DNA of 64,000 nucleotides from Utricularia gibba. Taxonomy: Eukaryota > Plantae > Magnoliophyta. Below the pieces are notes generated by a model, which worked only from the letters and a program-made list of their open reading frames with translations, made no database searches and was not told where the DNA came from. Below are positions 1 through 13,435 of the stretch, piece after piece. The DNA lies in contig NEEC01000019.1 of NCBI GenBank assembly GCA_002189035.1, positions 1,550,001 through 1,614,000 of the forward strand. Direction: 5' to 3'. The translations under genes were made by a program, and so were the position numbers. Numbering within the stretch: position 1 is the first letter of the stretch; each line of letters opens with the position of its first letter.

Positions 1-641
1 TAAACTTTTTTCTAAACATAATCTATTTTGCAAAGCAAAATCATAAAGTACATCTAAATAAATCATTTTCAGCTAGGATTAGGGTTGATTTTTCTTTATT
101 TTCCCTCCTAATTAGGTTTTTGACTTTTAATATGCGCCTGGATCGGTTGATACCCCTCTTGTGGGTGTAGCCCCGTGGGGGCTGCTTTTGATAACCATGC
201 CCTTAGATTATTTATTCACCTCGAGGTATTACTCTAATCCTTTGTGTTAAATTTAAAGATTGTTTGATATTATAGTATATAAAATTTATATCTAAGTTTA
301 TACAGAAATTATTATTTAATTAACTAACATATGTATATCAGTTTTACATAATTATATCATTTATATATTCATTTTTTTTGAATATGTGGAATCAAGTATA
401 TAATTATATTTATATTAATTACGTATTCAAATTTATATTTTCAAATATAAAATATTATATAAAATTAATAATATATATATATATATATCTAATTATAATA
501 TACTTAAACATACTAATATTTTATCAAACTACCTCTTGCATTCATCTAATTAACTTTGATTATCTTGAATTTTAGTAAAAATATATATGTATTTTATTTA
601 AAAATAAAATAAACACACAGAATTTTCTAAATACTAGTTAA

Positions 642-683
<42 letters not shown>
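642..683. repeat. Compound microsatellite (AC)n(AT)n
   Basis: About 13 AC units directly followed by about 8 AT units. Confidence 0.95.
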
Positions 684-1076
684 GTACATAAATTTATCTT
701 TTATATAATTAATACAGAAAAAATACTTTATTACATATAATAATTTAATTTACTTTTTAATAATTATAGATTCAATTTATATGTAAAATATTACAGTAAA
801 TTAGTATTAAAATAATTTTCATGTGGAGTGCACATTAACAAGTCATAGGCTACGCCATTAAAGCAAACCACTAGGAAATAAAAGAAATGCTAAGGGAGTG
901 AGGTGGCATGTGGGCGAGTGTGTTCGTGCGTCCGCATCGATTATAAAACAACACTGAACAGTGAGTCTCTTTTAAAAATGAGTGTCATGGTACCATCTCG
1001 CAATATTTTTATAATATTTTTAACGGAATTTAAGTTTTTTATACTTATTTTAAAATATAAAATATGTTGTCAGCAG

Positions 1077-1239
1077 ATTCACGGTGGACAATCGGGATCC
1101 ACCGATCGTCAACGAGAGCAGTGGCAGCGGCAGCGGGCGGGATTGGGACAGGGAATTGTTACTTTCCGAGCGTCTGAATGGATCGGAATGTCCCGTGGTT
1201 AGTCCCAGGCGGCGTTGGAAGATGGGTTTTGCGGGATGA
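1077..1239 (+). other. Possible orphan terminal exon or gene fragment
   Basis: GC-rich island in AT-rich DNA, preceded by a CAG acceptor; open frame FTVDNRDPPIVNESS...SPRRRWKMGFAG* (53 codons). No family recognised and no upstream exon found. Confidence 0.25.
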
Positions 1240-1289
1240 GGTAAAAATTATTGAAATTTATGATGAAATAGGCAAGCATACGTAAAATA

Positions 1290-1395
1290 TAATTATACAA
1301 TAAAAATGGATCATATTAAAAAAATTAAATTTAATCGATTATTAATGATTTATAATTTGTTATATACATAATTATTATATTTTCAAATTTCGATA
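1290..1395 (+). repeat. Dispersed AT-rich repeat, copy A
   Basis: Core AATCGATTATTAATGATTTATAATTT(G/A)TTATATAC at 1333 recurs at 1672; related copies near 41.9 kb and 46.9 kb. Boundaries approximate. Confidence 0.55.
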
Positions 1396-1614
1396 TGAAA
1401 TCATATATTCAATCACTTGCCCTCAAATTGAATTGATTTCTGATTCGATTAAGTAGGTGGATTTAATTTTTGGTCACTTAAGTTTAATACATCTTTTTTG
1501 TTTTTTTTAATTAGATCTCACACCAATTACAAACTCATTTTGGTCATCCAAATCATATTGCAACGCAAACGCTCTAATACTATATTAAAATTTAAGATAT
1601 GATAAATCAAATGA

Positions 1615-1730
1615 ATACACATGAAATCCAAATACATAATATATATAAATTATATTAAAAAAGATAGTATAAATCGATTATTAATGATTTATAATTTATT
1701 ATATACTTATTATTACAATTTTAAATGTAT
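1615..1730 (+). repeat. Dispersed AT-rich repeat, copy B
   Basis: Shares ATGAAATCCAAATACATAAT...TAAATTATATTAAAAAA...AATCGATTATTAATGATTTATAATTTATTATATA with copies at about 1290, 41940 and 46915. Confidence 0.55.
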
Positions 1731-3308
1731 ATTTAGTATCATGTGTTGTAACATAAAATGGTGTTGCATCTCCAGACGCATGCGCACAAGATGAAAAAAG
1801 AAACGTTTTTACCCATCTTCAAATACAACCTCCCATCTGTCGCCGCCACCGTCGGCGCACGCCGAACCCCACCACCCGTGGAACTCGAGGACCACTGGAT
1901 GTTGTACGTGTAAGTCTTCGGTAATCGTCCCAACTACTTCACCCACCGCCAAATCGGACCAGCCGCCGTAACCCCAGATGGGGTCACTTCGACCGGCGTC
2001 CGCTGGCCCATATTCTTGATTAAGATTTCTATTCAATGGGCGGCCGCCCGCCGCCGCGCCGACCCGAAAAAGAGAACGAGAATCCCCAAATCACCACTTA
2101 TGAAATAACATTCGTCTTCAGCGATGCTTCATTATGTTCGTTACATTATCATGATTTGTTCCCAGGGCTGTGGCTCACGGAAATCACAGCAGACAGATAC
2201 CAAGTTCCGATACTGGCTCCCTGAGTCTCCTTCTCTCTATGGAGAATGCATTTACTCTATTTTTTTCCAGATTGGTTAAAACCAAAGCTCTTGCTTGTTC
2301 TTACTGGGAACTTGGAAACTGCGTTTAATGGCGGAAATCATGCAACCTTCTTGGTTCAACTTCATCTCCTTTTCTTCTGCTACGAGTCTTCTTTCATCCC
2401 CAAATTTAACCCTTTGGATTATGTTTTCAAATTTACATATTTTTAGAATTATTCGTTTAAGAATTATTATATAAATTTTATTTATTTTTAAAATTATAAA
2501 AAATGATAATTTTTATATAATTATATTTTATATATTTACAAATTAAAAAATATATATTTTATAAAAATATGTTTTAAATAATATCTATCGATTTGGACCA
2601 GTTTTTATATTTTAAAATGTGATTCGATGGGTGTGTCTCTCTTCTATGGATTCCAAACCGCCATTTTATACAATATAATTAATTATTCTTTTTTTAAAGT
2701 TATTTTTTGTTATATTTGTCGCTCTCTCCTTTCTTTCAATGCACTTGTTGACTAGTCCTGTCCGTTTATATTTATTCAAAATTCCATAAAATTTAAAATT
2801 TTGAATTGCCTCCAAAAAATCGAAGAAATTACTAAATTTCATGAATTTTTTGAGAAATACTTTGTTTTATGACGAATTTCTGACGATTCTTTAAATTTAA
2901 ATGGAATTTCTGACGGTCCAGGATCCGTAGAGAGCATCGCTCGTCTATGGGTGTGTGCCACCATCATGTGATAAGCACGATATTTTTTATAAATTAATTC
3001 AATTAAAATCAAAACAAGCGGCAGAGGAAGCTTGGTGTCACGTGGATGGTCGATTTTGCAATTCATATATATATATATATATTTTTATTTTTATTTATTT
3101 ATTTATTTTAAAAAATACAGGTTTATTTATGGAATGGTTTCCATTTTGAAACTTGCGCATGTACATGAAATGATGAAAAAATGGGGAGGGATGATGTGAA
3201 ATATGCGGATGTGTACTGTTTAAAAAACAATTGAATGGGATTAAAATTTAAAAACTCCAAAATTCAAGAACGAACCTCGCGCATGGTGACGGGGGATGGC
3301 CGGCCTTC

Positions 3309-4259
3309 CTACTCCATCAAGAACCGTCTCACGATCCTCACGCTGGGGGCGACCACCTCCCTCTCCCACTCCTCCGCCGCCCCCCGCCCGTCCATCGCCG
3401 CCCGTATCGCCGCCGTCGCGTCCACTCTCTTGATATCCCACCCGCCGGCGTCGCGCAGCCGGAGGATCTTACCCATTTGTGTCTTCGCTAGCTGCCACGT
3501 GTTTAGCTTAATGGCCCTCACCGCGGCGTAGTACTCCCTCTTTTTCTCTTCGGTATCTGTGATTGGCCAGTCCGCCTTAAATTTCTCAAAGTACCCGGCG
3601 AATTCCGGTACGCCGATCGCCTTATTGATGCCGCTTTGACTCGCCTCCGATTCCCATTGCCGTCGATTCGAGAAGTGGTCCCCTAGCTCGTTAAACATCC
3701 CGGCATCGAGCATATCGTCGACGCGTTTGTCCAAGTACGGTTTCAGGACCGCCGGAGAAACGTCGATCCAGAGGAAACAGCAATCGTATCTCAGATCCCC
3801 GCAAATGCCCGAAACCTCAGCGGCGTCGAATCCCGGATTGCTGTTTTTCCTCGCCAACAGTGCGTAGATAAACGAATTGGACCCTCCCACGACGAACGGC
3901 ACTCTCCGACGTGCCGCAATCTCCGAAATCGTGATCCCCGCCGTTGCCCTGAAATCAGATGACGTGAATTCCGAATCGGGCTCCATTTCCCCGATCAGAT
4001 GGTGAGCCACGCTCCTCCTCTCCGCCACTGGAATCTTGTTGGTGGTGATATCGAGGCCTCTGTAAACCTGAATCTTATCGGAGTTGATGATCTCCGACGA
4101 GGGGAAGTATCTGGCAGCCAAATCCACAGACAGCTTAGATTTCCCACATCCGGTGGACCCCATTATCACCACCACCTTCGTGGCGGCGCCACTCGACACC
4201 ATGCGTTTCAGAGACGGGAACACTGCTCGATCACACAAAACCGATGCTAATCCTATCAT
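3309..4259 (-). CDS. IPT1: Adenylate isopentenyltransferase (cytokinin synthase), IPT1/6-like, intronless
   Basis: P-loop GSTGCGKS, SDKIQVYRGLDITTNK, VGGSNSFI and KAIGVPEF motifs; 316 aa with no tRNA-IPT zinc finger. Clade-level call. Confidence 0.95.
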   Translation of the reverse strand: MIGLASVLCDRAVFPSLKRMVSSGAATKVVVIMGSTGCGKSKLSVDLAARYFPSSEIINSDKIQVYRGLDITTNKIPVAERRSVAHHLIGEMEPDSEFTSSDFRATAGITISEIAARRRVPFVVGGSNSFIYALLARKNSNPGFDAAEVSGICGDLRYDCCFLWIDVSPAVLKPYLDKRVDDMLDAGMFNELGDHFSNRRQWESEASQSGINKAIGVPEFAGYFEKFKADWPITDTEEKKREYYAAVRAIKLNTWQLAKTQMGKILRLRDAGGWDIKRVDATAAIRAAMDGRGAAEEWEREVVAPSVRIVRRFLME

Positions 4260-5541
4260 ACAGATTCACTCCTTCCTCTCCCCCAAAATCCCCCCGATTT
4301 TACCCTCACAATTAAAAAAAAAAAAATTTCGATCAAGTTCAATACCGTTTCCAGCTTCCCGAGATGACGAAGCACAGCTATTTATCATAATTACATCCAA
4401 TAAAAATACAAATGACCATAATACCCTCAATCCCAGTGGATTATCTCATACTGATATTCACTCCGCAGAGCGGTTTAAAAAAATAAATAAAATAATAGTA
4501 TATTATAATACAATTAGTAATGTCAAGATTTAATATTTAAAAATGGAAGCAATAATTGGATTTACTTATAATTTTAGTAATCGAAAGGCGAATCATGTGC
4601 AGCCGCGTACGCGTGTCCGAGAGGAGAGGTGTACCAAAAATGGGGAATGTATTTGCACATTTGAGGTCAAAGTCATTTAGTTAGGGATTAATTAATGCAA
4701 GCAGGTGTGTAATTATCTCATAGCTTGTATCTGGTAAGTCAAATAATAAATTAATGTTTAATTAATGGGGACGGGTTAGGCCATTTTAAAGGGATTTTAA
4801 GGCCTTTTTATTTCATTTTTATAAGATAAGAGAATAATTTTGTATAAAAAGACGTTGACTTCTACAAGTGCGAGTGTTACTGTTGAAAAGAAAATTCAAT
4901 ATTCTATTTGTTAATAATTAATAATAGGGAAAAAATGTGAAAATTTTGGGATTGTATGAAGAAATTGCTTGAGATTTTGATGAATGTAATTTTAATTCTT
5001 TTATTTTTTTAAAAAATAATAAATTAAATTAAGGGGGTTTGGCGGTGGCTACTTTAAAATCATTAATACCTATATTTGAACATTTAAGCATGGAAATTAG
5101 GGGAGACCAACCGGTCCAGTATTGTCATATGGAACCCGAACCGGGTTGGGCCGATGGGTGTAATTTGGAATCCGTTACCAGAATTGGGCCGGGCTGGAGA
5201 AGGAGAGTCGACAGCGACGTCGATCTGTGAGAAAAGGGAAATACGGGACGTGACTTGAGTCATATCGGAAAATGAACGCCGGCTGGGCAGCAATGATCTC
5301 CGGTGAAGTAGATTCAAGTCGGCTGCAATGTCATTTTGCTATTTGTTAAACGTCATAAAGTGAGAAGATGACCTTCGGTATGAAATTCCAGCCGGCGTTG
5401 CAGTCAGGAAAAGGTTGCGTAAATTTCTTTGAATTTTCTCTTTTCTTTGTCTTCTTTAATCGTGCATCACGTTTTATGAACGCTGATGTGAAATTCTAGG
5501 AATAAAAAAGGCAGCTTTCCCACAAGGGGGGTTCGATCTCC

Positions 5542-7726
5542 ATGGATGTCGGTTTTGTGTCATCTTTCCAGCCATATTTACTTCCAGATTACGCCCATTT
5601 TCGCCGGAATATTTTCACACCCCTTTTCCTCCGTCCAGAAATCTATACTGAAGTGTTATCCCGGCGGAGACTGTTAATCGTGGCGCAGAAGAAGTCGAAG
5701 ATTGCTGGCGTAAGCGAGGAGTTAAACGCTATCGCATCTCAGAATTTGGATCATGCCCCTGCTCGGAGAAGGGTTCGTTTAGCGTTCACTAGAGTACAGG
5801 AGCAGCTCGATCACGTGCTGTTCAAGGTAGTATTATCACTTTATCATTTGATTCATGTTAATTTGAATCCATGGGGATGGAGTCATAGTGCTGTGTTTTT
5901 AATTTTTTCGTTTTGCAGATGGCCCCAACTGGAATAAGAACAGAGGAGGTGCGTGAGCTTCTCTGCTACAATAATTTCTAGTATGGTTGAGATTCTTCAC
6001 TGTCTCTGCTAACTTATTTTCTTAATGATCAGCAACTCTTATCATTTACTGGCATTCCATAGGCTTCTTTTGATCAATTTTTCATAGATTTGTATCATAT
6101 CCTTTGCGATGCATGTTTAAAAAGTAGGGAAATATAATTTAGGGAGAGAGTTGGAAAGGTGTTTGAATTGTTTTTAAGTATAGTGTTCATGGAAAATAAG
6201 TATTTATTATGCAGACTGTATTTGTTTCTGCGAGAGATATAAAAGAGGTCCTGCAAACAGTACTGATAAGCCTTTCTTTGATGTCATATGCTGTATAATA
6301 TTGTGGATCCTTGCTCGCCTATTTTTTTTTCTGTTATACATCAACTTGCTTCGCATTTTCTACTGTCCAAGGTGTGGAAACCATTTTAAAGCGACTGTTT
6401 TTTAACATATCCTCTGCCCTTGCCCATTGAAAACAGTGGTATGAAATAAATTCCACCGGACTAGAAATCTTCTGTAAGTGCTGGTTACCCAAATCAGGAA
6501 TGAGGATTAAGGGTGCTCTGTTTTTTTGCCATGGATACGGCGATACTTGCACCTTTTTCTTTGAAGGTTCGCATTTCTCAAGTTGTGTTTTAACAGTTCA
6601 TCACAAGCCTTTGAGCAAATTCCCACCTTTATTAGTCTCAGCAGCCTGAAAGAGTAGTTGATTTCCAGGAATTGCGAAGCACATAGCTTCCTCCGGTTAC
6701 GCACTGTATGCCATTGACCATCCTGGATTTGGTCTTTCCGAAGGACTCCATGGGTATGTCCCTTCCTTCGATGGCATTGTTGATAATGCCATTGAGCTTT
6801 TCGGAATAATGAAAGGTGTGCTCAGAAAATGATAGCATCTCGAACCTTCTGAAACATGCAAGTTTTTCTAACGGTTGCTGTGGGATCCTTCCTCACAGAT
6901 AGGCTGGAGATACGGGGGCTGCCCAGGTTCCTTTTCGGCCAGTCGATGGGAGGAGCTGTGGCCATCAAAGCACTGCTCAAGGCACCTGAGGAGTGGGATG
7001 GAATCGTGCTTGTTGCTCCCATGTGCAAGGTAATGAATGCTAAGGCATTTTCAGGTTGCTTGATTCCATGCAGTTTTTTCTTGGACAAAGTTTATAGAAT
7101 TCATGATCACTTCACTATTTTTTCCAGATCTCCCAGGAGATGCAGCCTCCTATTCCTCTCCAGAAAATCTTCATATGCCTATCCCGTCTCCTTCCACAAG
7201 CGAAGCTTGTCCCTCAGAAGGACTTGGCGGATTTGGCATTCAGAGAACCGAAGAAAAAACAAATGGTTTCTGCTCACTTTACATCCTAGTTTCCCATCCC
7301 TGACTGATCTTATCTGACACAGAATTCCCTCTCCAGGCGCCATACAATGTGATCTGTTACTCCAGTGAAACCCGTCTCCGGACTGCCGTTGAACTACTAA
7401 ACGCTACAAACTACATCGAAGACCACCTTGATAAGGTCCGTTGTCAGGCAGCATCACGGCCCATGATTCTCTCCCTCTTCAATAACTTGGCTCCATTTCA
7501 TCCACAGGTCGCTTCCCCAATTCTGATCCTTCACGGCGCCGCGGACAAGGTGACTGATCCTCACGTGAGCAAGTTCCTGTACGAACGTGCATCCAGCAAG
7601 GACAAGACACTGAAGCTGTACGAAGACGGCTTCCACTGCATCCTCGAGGGAGAGCCCGATTCCCGAATCATGACTGTTATCGGAGACATCATCTCCTGGC
7701 TCGATTCCAGAACCTTCCTCAAGTGA
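5542..7726 (+). CDS. Monoacylglycerol lipase / caffeoylshikimate-esterase-like alpha/beta hydrolase
   Basis: 8 exons with GT-AG junctions (5542-5826, about 5920-5948, 6437-6566, 6669-6815, 6899-7029, 7128-7265, 7337-7435, 7508-7726); motifs CHGYG, DHPGFGLS, nucleophile GQSMGG, LHGAADKVTDP, FHCILEGE. Confidence 0.93.
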
Positions 7727-8423
7727 TCAGCAACATCCCTCCCCATTTTAACATGACGTCAGTCTCTAGCCGGACAAGTCCAAGGAAGAAGACGATCGTG
7801 GGCGGGGTGCGGAGCCCGGCCCAATAGACCGGTCGCCGATCGGCGGTACGATCCTATTCTGTACTACCCCCTATGCGTCGTAGCCCAGTGCACATCTCTG
7901 TGGTACGTTCCTCCTTTGTTTACTCCGAATTTCTTGTTCGGGTCGTCGCATTCTAATAATAACAATCAATGCTCGTGATCTCCGACGAGCAGGTGCGCCA
8001 CCAGCGAACCCACACTCCGCTCCTTACCGCTCCGAAGAGGCACCCGCCTCCCTGCCAGATTTTGACAGCCCATGTGCTCCCTTCCGACATCCACGGTTTA
8101 CCGCCGTACACTTAATAATCAACCCTAGAAATTTAAATTATATTTTTTTACACTAAAAATCATTTCTATTTTGTGAAAAATTTTCTGATAAATAAAAAAT
8201 GAGTAAATGTGCGTGAGTGCTGGGATTTTTTTTGGGTGTTTGATTTGAATTATTTTTTATATTTTTTTGTTATGGCAGATAAATAATGTATATAATAGTG
8301 AACAGTGAGCCGTCGATGAGGGCTGATGCAGGCACTATAAACGACTCAGCTAACGGCCTTCCCTGAATTTAAGTAAAGTATTTTTCTTGTCATCAGCACT
8401 GGAAGGAGGAAGCTGCGGAAGAG

Positions 8424-9228
8424 ATGAGTTGCAATGGTTGCAGAGTTCTTCGCAAGGCCTGCCCGGAGAGCTGCGCTCTCCGGGATTCCCTCAGATGGAT
8501 CAAGTCCGACGAAGCCCAGGCCAACGCCACCAGATTTCTGGCGAAATTCTACGGCCGGAGCGGGCTAATCAACCTGCTCACCGCCGCGGGGGACTGCGCC
8601 GTCCGTCCCCGTGCGTTTCTTTTCTTTCTTCCCTCAACTGTGGTTTCCTGGGGATTCCATTTACTGATGATCTTGGTTCTCGATTTTTTTTCTTTTTTTT
8701 TTTTTGACAGAGATTTGTCGCTCGCTGCTGTACGAAGCCTGCGGGCGGATTGTTAACCCGATCTACGGATCCGTCGGGCTATTCGCCAACGGGGACTGGC
8801 AGCGGTGCCACATGGCCGTGGAATCGGTGCTTAAAGGAAGACCCCTATTGAAAACAATTACCGTGGAGGGAGACAAGGAGCAACAGTTACCCGTGTCCCC
8901 GACCGAAGCCTGCGAAATCCGGCACGTTTCGAAGGAGGCCGGCGTGGATCGCCGCGTCAGGACAAGGAAGCGGGCGAAAAAGGAGACGTCGATGCGGCAG
9001 AGCGAGATTGACGAGTTATTGTCAAAGGTGAAACTCTCCCTCCCCGGCGAGAAATTCACCCTCACCGGCTGGGACGGCCAAGCGGCACAGCAAACGGAAT
9101 CTCGGTCCCCGGAGAGACGGGCGCCGGATTCCGAGGGCGATAAAACGAGCAGCAGCCCCTCTTGCGGCGGCTCCATGGAACTGGAGTTGACCTTGGGCCC
9201 CAATAATCTCCTGTTACACTGCTCCTGA
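8424..9228 (+). CDS. LBD42-like: Class II LOB-domain protein, LBD40/41/42 clade
   Basis: [15 protein letters not shown] (CX2CX6CX3C), [29 protein letters not shown]; exons 8424-8610 and 8711-9228 join in phase 1; C-terminal EAR-like LELTLG. Confidence 0.95.
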
Positions 9229-11019
9229 AAGCTTTTAACCGGATCTAGAGCTGGGTTTGTAGAGTAAAACACTTTTGGGCCTTGTACACTTCCCATCCAC
9301 CATTCACTTTCACCATTCTAAATCATGATTGACTCGTTCGTTTTTTCTACAAAATCCAAAAATACGATATCCTAAATTATAATTTCATGTGAATATAACC
9401 AATCTTTATATCAAATTTAAAAGTCGTCGACAAATATTCTTCTTCTCTTCTCCATCCACCCTTTCAATTATATCCATTTCAAGAATCAACTCATCAAGAC
9501 CTGATTTGGAATGCGTTTTCGCGTGTGTAAAATTCTCCAAATAATGTTTTAACCGGAAACTGGTGTCTGATCTAAAAAAGAAGACAGTCACTACCCATGG
9601 TTTTGCGTTTTGGCGACTACCGGTATGCTGAGCTGAGCTGCGTCGCCGCGTCATCCATGACATTATCAGGGTCCCGTGTCGGACACACGCCAGAGGAAAA
9701 AAATATAGGTTTTTAATAGTCGCCCCCATCCCTCCCTCCCCCCCAGCTCTAAAACCATAATGGTGCCGGGCGATGACGTCGAGGCATTACCGCCGAGGCG
9801 AAACCATGGGCCTGTGCTGGACACACGCCTATCCCCAGATCAGATCCGTATCCTTCTCCCTTCGCTTGTGTTGACCGCACAACGAATGTGAAAATTCAAT
9901 GTACCAACGGGTTCCATTCTCTCCTCCTAATGCCACTTTCATTTTTGTAACAAACCAACAACTTTAGACGTATTGTGTTAGAATACACAATCTCATATCG
10001 AAAAATGAAATTAATATCATCAAAAGATTTAATGATCATTTTTCTAAATGATTCTGGTTTCAATTCTTGAATTATGCATAGATGAGTGTATATTATAGGA
10101 TGGTCTGAGTTCTAAATCAACATCAAATGGGATTGAAACCGGAACCGTCTGCGCGATTATGAGCCACCAATTAAAAAAATGGGGACGAGAGAAGTGAACA
10201 CAAATTCACCACTCGTCTCTTTCTTTTTTGTTTTGTTTTAAAATAAGAGTCCGGTAAGAATGCAATTTCTTTATTATTTACAAGCAGCGGGGGGCAGGGG
10301 AGGCCTTGTCTTGGTCCACTTCTTGTCCATGTCAACCAATGGGTCGTCTCCAATGCCTCCTCCTCTTTCTTTTCATTTCAACACTTGTAACTTGTCTTCG
10401 GACAATGAATCTCGTGGGCGACATGCCCTGCCTGGAATTCCACATAATTAGACATCCATTCCGGTTTGTGTGCATGATGGTATGTATTATGATGGATGAT
10501 TCCCGGGATTCATCCCACTAAATAAAAAATATTATTATATTATATTATATTATATTTAAATCCAAATCCAACTAGAAAACTATTTATCCTAATGGTTGTT
10601 TTCAGCTAAAACCTCTTTTTCGTATGGTTTTGGGGGGGCCCACTCCAGCACACAGAAAAGGCATAGCGGGGGTCACTTTCATACCACCCAATTAAAAATT
10701 AATGTTTTTTTAAAGAGAAAAGCATGTACGGACTTCTCCTCGTTCACCTTTTTTTTTTAAAAGAGAAAATAATTACTTGTTTTTAAATGTACAGTTTATT
10801 TATTTTATTTAAAAGTATTTTTTAATGCAGAAATACGACGACAAGGGATTAGAATGGATTCCTGAAATACCGCACAATTGGCATCCCGATAGCAAGCAAC
10901 TTTCCATTTAAATAGTTATTATCTGTGTGCGGGTGCAGGAGTGGTGTGTGGACAGCACACAGTTTTCCCCCCAAGCTCGCCAGGTGGTATTTGACTTCAT
11001 CCCCAAACTCAAGAATAAT

Positions 11020-11030
11020 ATCCCACATCG
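11020..11030 (+). promoter_or_regulatory. Exact match to the plant snRNA upstream sequence element (RTCCCACATCG)
   Basis: ATCCCACATCG; only a weak TATA-like TAATTAAATA about 30 nt downstream, and no snRNA recognised. Confidence 0.25.
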
Positions 11031-11372
11031 TGAATCTCCGATGGAATTAACGTTTTTTTTTAATTAAATATTATTTGCACACCTGGAAAATAAAGAATTT
11101 TCAATTTATCAAGAATATTCCTATTCGATTTCGTTTCAAAATTGAACAATGCGTCCAATCGGGAAGACGCTACGTCATTTCGATTGCCACAGTTTTTTTA
11201 AGTTTATAATATATATTTTAAAAAATAATAATAAATGCATATAAATAAAGGCAAAATAGCAACATCATGATTACATATAAAAATAATAAAAAAGTACGTG
11301 ATTACGTCATAGAAGCAGACGAAAACATGTCTGTACATAAATAAATGCTGAATATAAAAAATATTGAGTGTA

Positions 11373-11679
11373 TGTTCTATAAAATTTTTAGAACTTATTT
11401 TTATTTTTGAAAAAGTAAAAAGTAAAAATAAAAATAGTTTATAAAAATAAAAGTAAAAATGAGTGTTCTAGAAAAGTATAAAAAATTTTATGAATTTATG
11501 TTGAAAAATAGAAATAGAATATAAAAATAGTTCATCTCTACTTTTTCAAAAACTATTTTTGAAGTGTAATACCAAAAGTATTTTTAGTAAAAGTAGAAGT
11601 AAAAATAAGTGGTATTCTGGAATAAAATTATTTTTACTTTTTCAAAAATAAAAATATATTGTAAAAATTTTCTAGAATA
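11373..11679. mobile_element. MITE-like element, degenerate copy
   Basis: Imperfect terminal inverted repeats TGTTCTATAAAATTTTT ... AAAAATTTTCTAGAATA; internal AAAGTAGAAGTAAAAATA motifs shared with 16734-17049. Confidence 0.5.
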
Positions 11680-12304
11680 AACTTTGAGTTTCTTCTTTTA
11701 TTTTGATTGGGCTTGTTTCTAATAATGGGCTTTGTCTTCGACGCACCCAAAGCCCATTCCTTAAGCTTCAGGGCCATGTTTTATTTATATTTTCGAAAAT
11801 AATGTAGTAATAAGCATTTTTAGATTTTTGAATTTTGTGCAATAATAAAATTGTTTTTAATATATTTTTGAAACAAAAGGTATTTTAAATAGAGTTTGTT
11901 TTTATTTTCATAAAGCGTTAATTATCTAATAATTTCATGGAGAATGTTTTATTTAAAGGTAGATATTTCGCTTGTGGAATTTTGAGTGTAGAGGAATTAG
12001 AGTTGTTTTGCAAGGGAGATGATAATTATAGAAAACACGATCACCACAAGTAGATGAGAAGTCGATTCTCCGGCACGGCGGGGCCAGGGCGGTGGCGACA
12101 ACGTTTGTACTCATCTGATGTTGAACCGGGAGTTGCTGCTGCATCTTTTAGGCCGGCCTATTCATTGAATTGTTTAGTATAGAACTTTGAGAACTTGTGG
12201 GAAAACCAACACTAGCATTGGCTTTTTGGTAGCGAAAACTGACATGATTCTGAGTTACAGTCGTTTTGTGAAGAAGATTGGAACGGCGGTGATTACATTA
12301 GGTT

Positions 12305-13435
12305 TCAGTCTGTAACAACACTAAAATTTCCCGGCGACTCGAAGTTCGTCCTCTTCACGAACCTCCCTTTAATTCTCGGCCGCTTCTCTGCGTTTAGTTT
12401 CCGGACTTCGTATCTGATTTTCTTAGCGAACAAGCGGCTTCGCCGTTTCTCCCTATACCTCGAAACTCTCGCTTCTCTACCGCCATCCGTGGCAGCGCCA
12501 TGCACCGGAACTACTCCTCCGATTTCCCGTGTTCCTTCGTCAGCTCCCTGAAACGAAACTTAGATGTTTGAGCTCTTTGAGGCTTCGTGCACAAATGATT
12601 TACTAGAACAGTCGGTCAGTGGTGGTGAGTGTGCGGTGGACTAAAGAAAAAAAGGATCCCGTACGAAGAAGTCAGTCCAGAAGTCGACGGATTTGATTTT
12701 GCCGGTTTCCGATGTCAAAAATGGCGATTTGTTGCAGTTCCAAGCTGATAGGACTCCTTCAATGTCTAGATTTAAGAACGTTTTGGTTTCATGGGTATCC
12801 TTCGTCGGAGAAAACGCAGCGGTCTCGAGCTGGATCTGATAATCTTCATTTGCTGCTCCATCAAGAGCTTCCAGTTTATTTTCATCTTGTGCGCGCTTCT
12901 CGTCGAAATCAAAAATACCCAATTCTCCGATACCGAAGCAGGGATCGTCGAACCCTTCTCCGAGCAAACGGTCGACATCCTCCGCGAATTCTAAGATATC
13001 ATTCTCCGATGGCACGAAATCGTGAAAATTTACAGCAACATCATCGTGATCGAGCATCGGAACGCTGAAAAGAATCTGATCCTCGTTGAGCTCCTGGCTA
13101 CAAATCTCCGGCACCAAACCCACGGGATTCCGATCCACCAGATCATCGACACGGGGCTGCTTCCCGTTCTTCTTCCCTCGAGGGCTACGCGCTTTCCGCT
13201 TGAAACCCTGATGCCACGACGGGGTTGGTTCAACGACTCCAGCATCTTTTCCGATACGAACCCTTTGATGGCGGCGAGCCAGAGGGTTGGCAGAGTGGAC
13301 GGAGGAATCGCAGGACTGGCACAGGAAAGCATCATCCGCGTCGCAGTAGTACCGTGCCCTCTTCTTCAAGCAGTTATCGCAAGCTCTCGCAGATTTTCCT
13401 CTAACGATATCTGCAAATTTTCCGGTGGAAGCCAT
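12305..13435 (-). CDS. COL16-like: B-box/CCT CONSTANS-like protein, group III (COL6/COL16, BBX14/15-like)
   Basis: Single B-box [38 protein letters not shown]; CCT domain [40 protein letters not shown]; exons 13435-12665 and 12547-12305 join in frame. Confidence 0.95.

Noticed and set aside
1739-2446. GC-rich island with short ORFs (GTITED resembles the CesA TED motif or a plant mobile domain)
   Set aside because: Similarity is limited to a few residues, there are stops in all plausible frames, and no family is recognisable.
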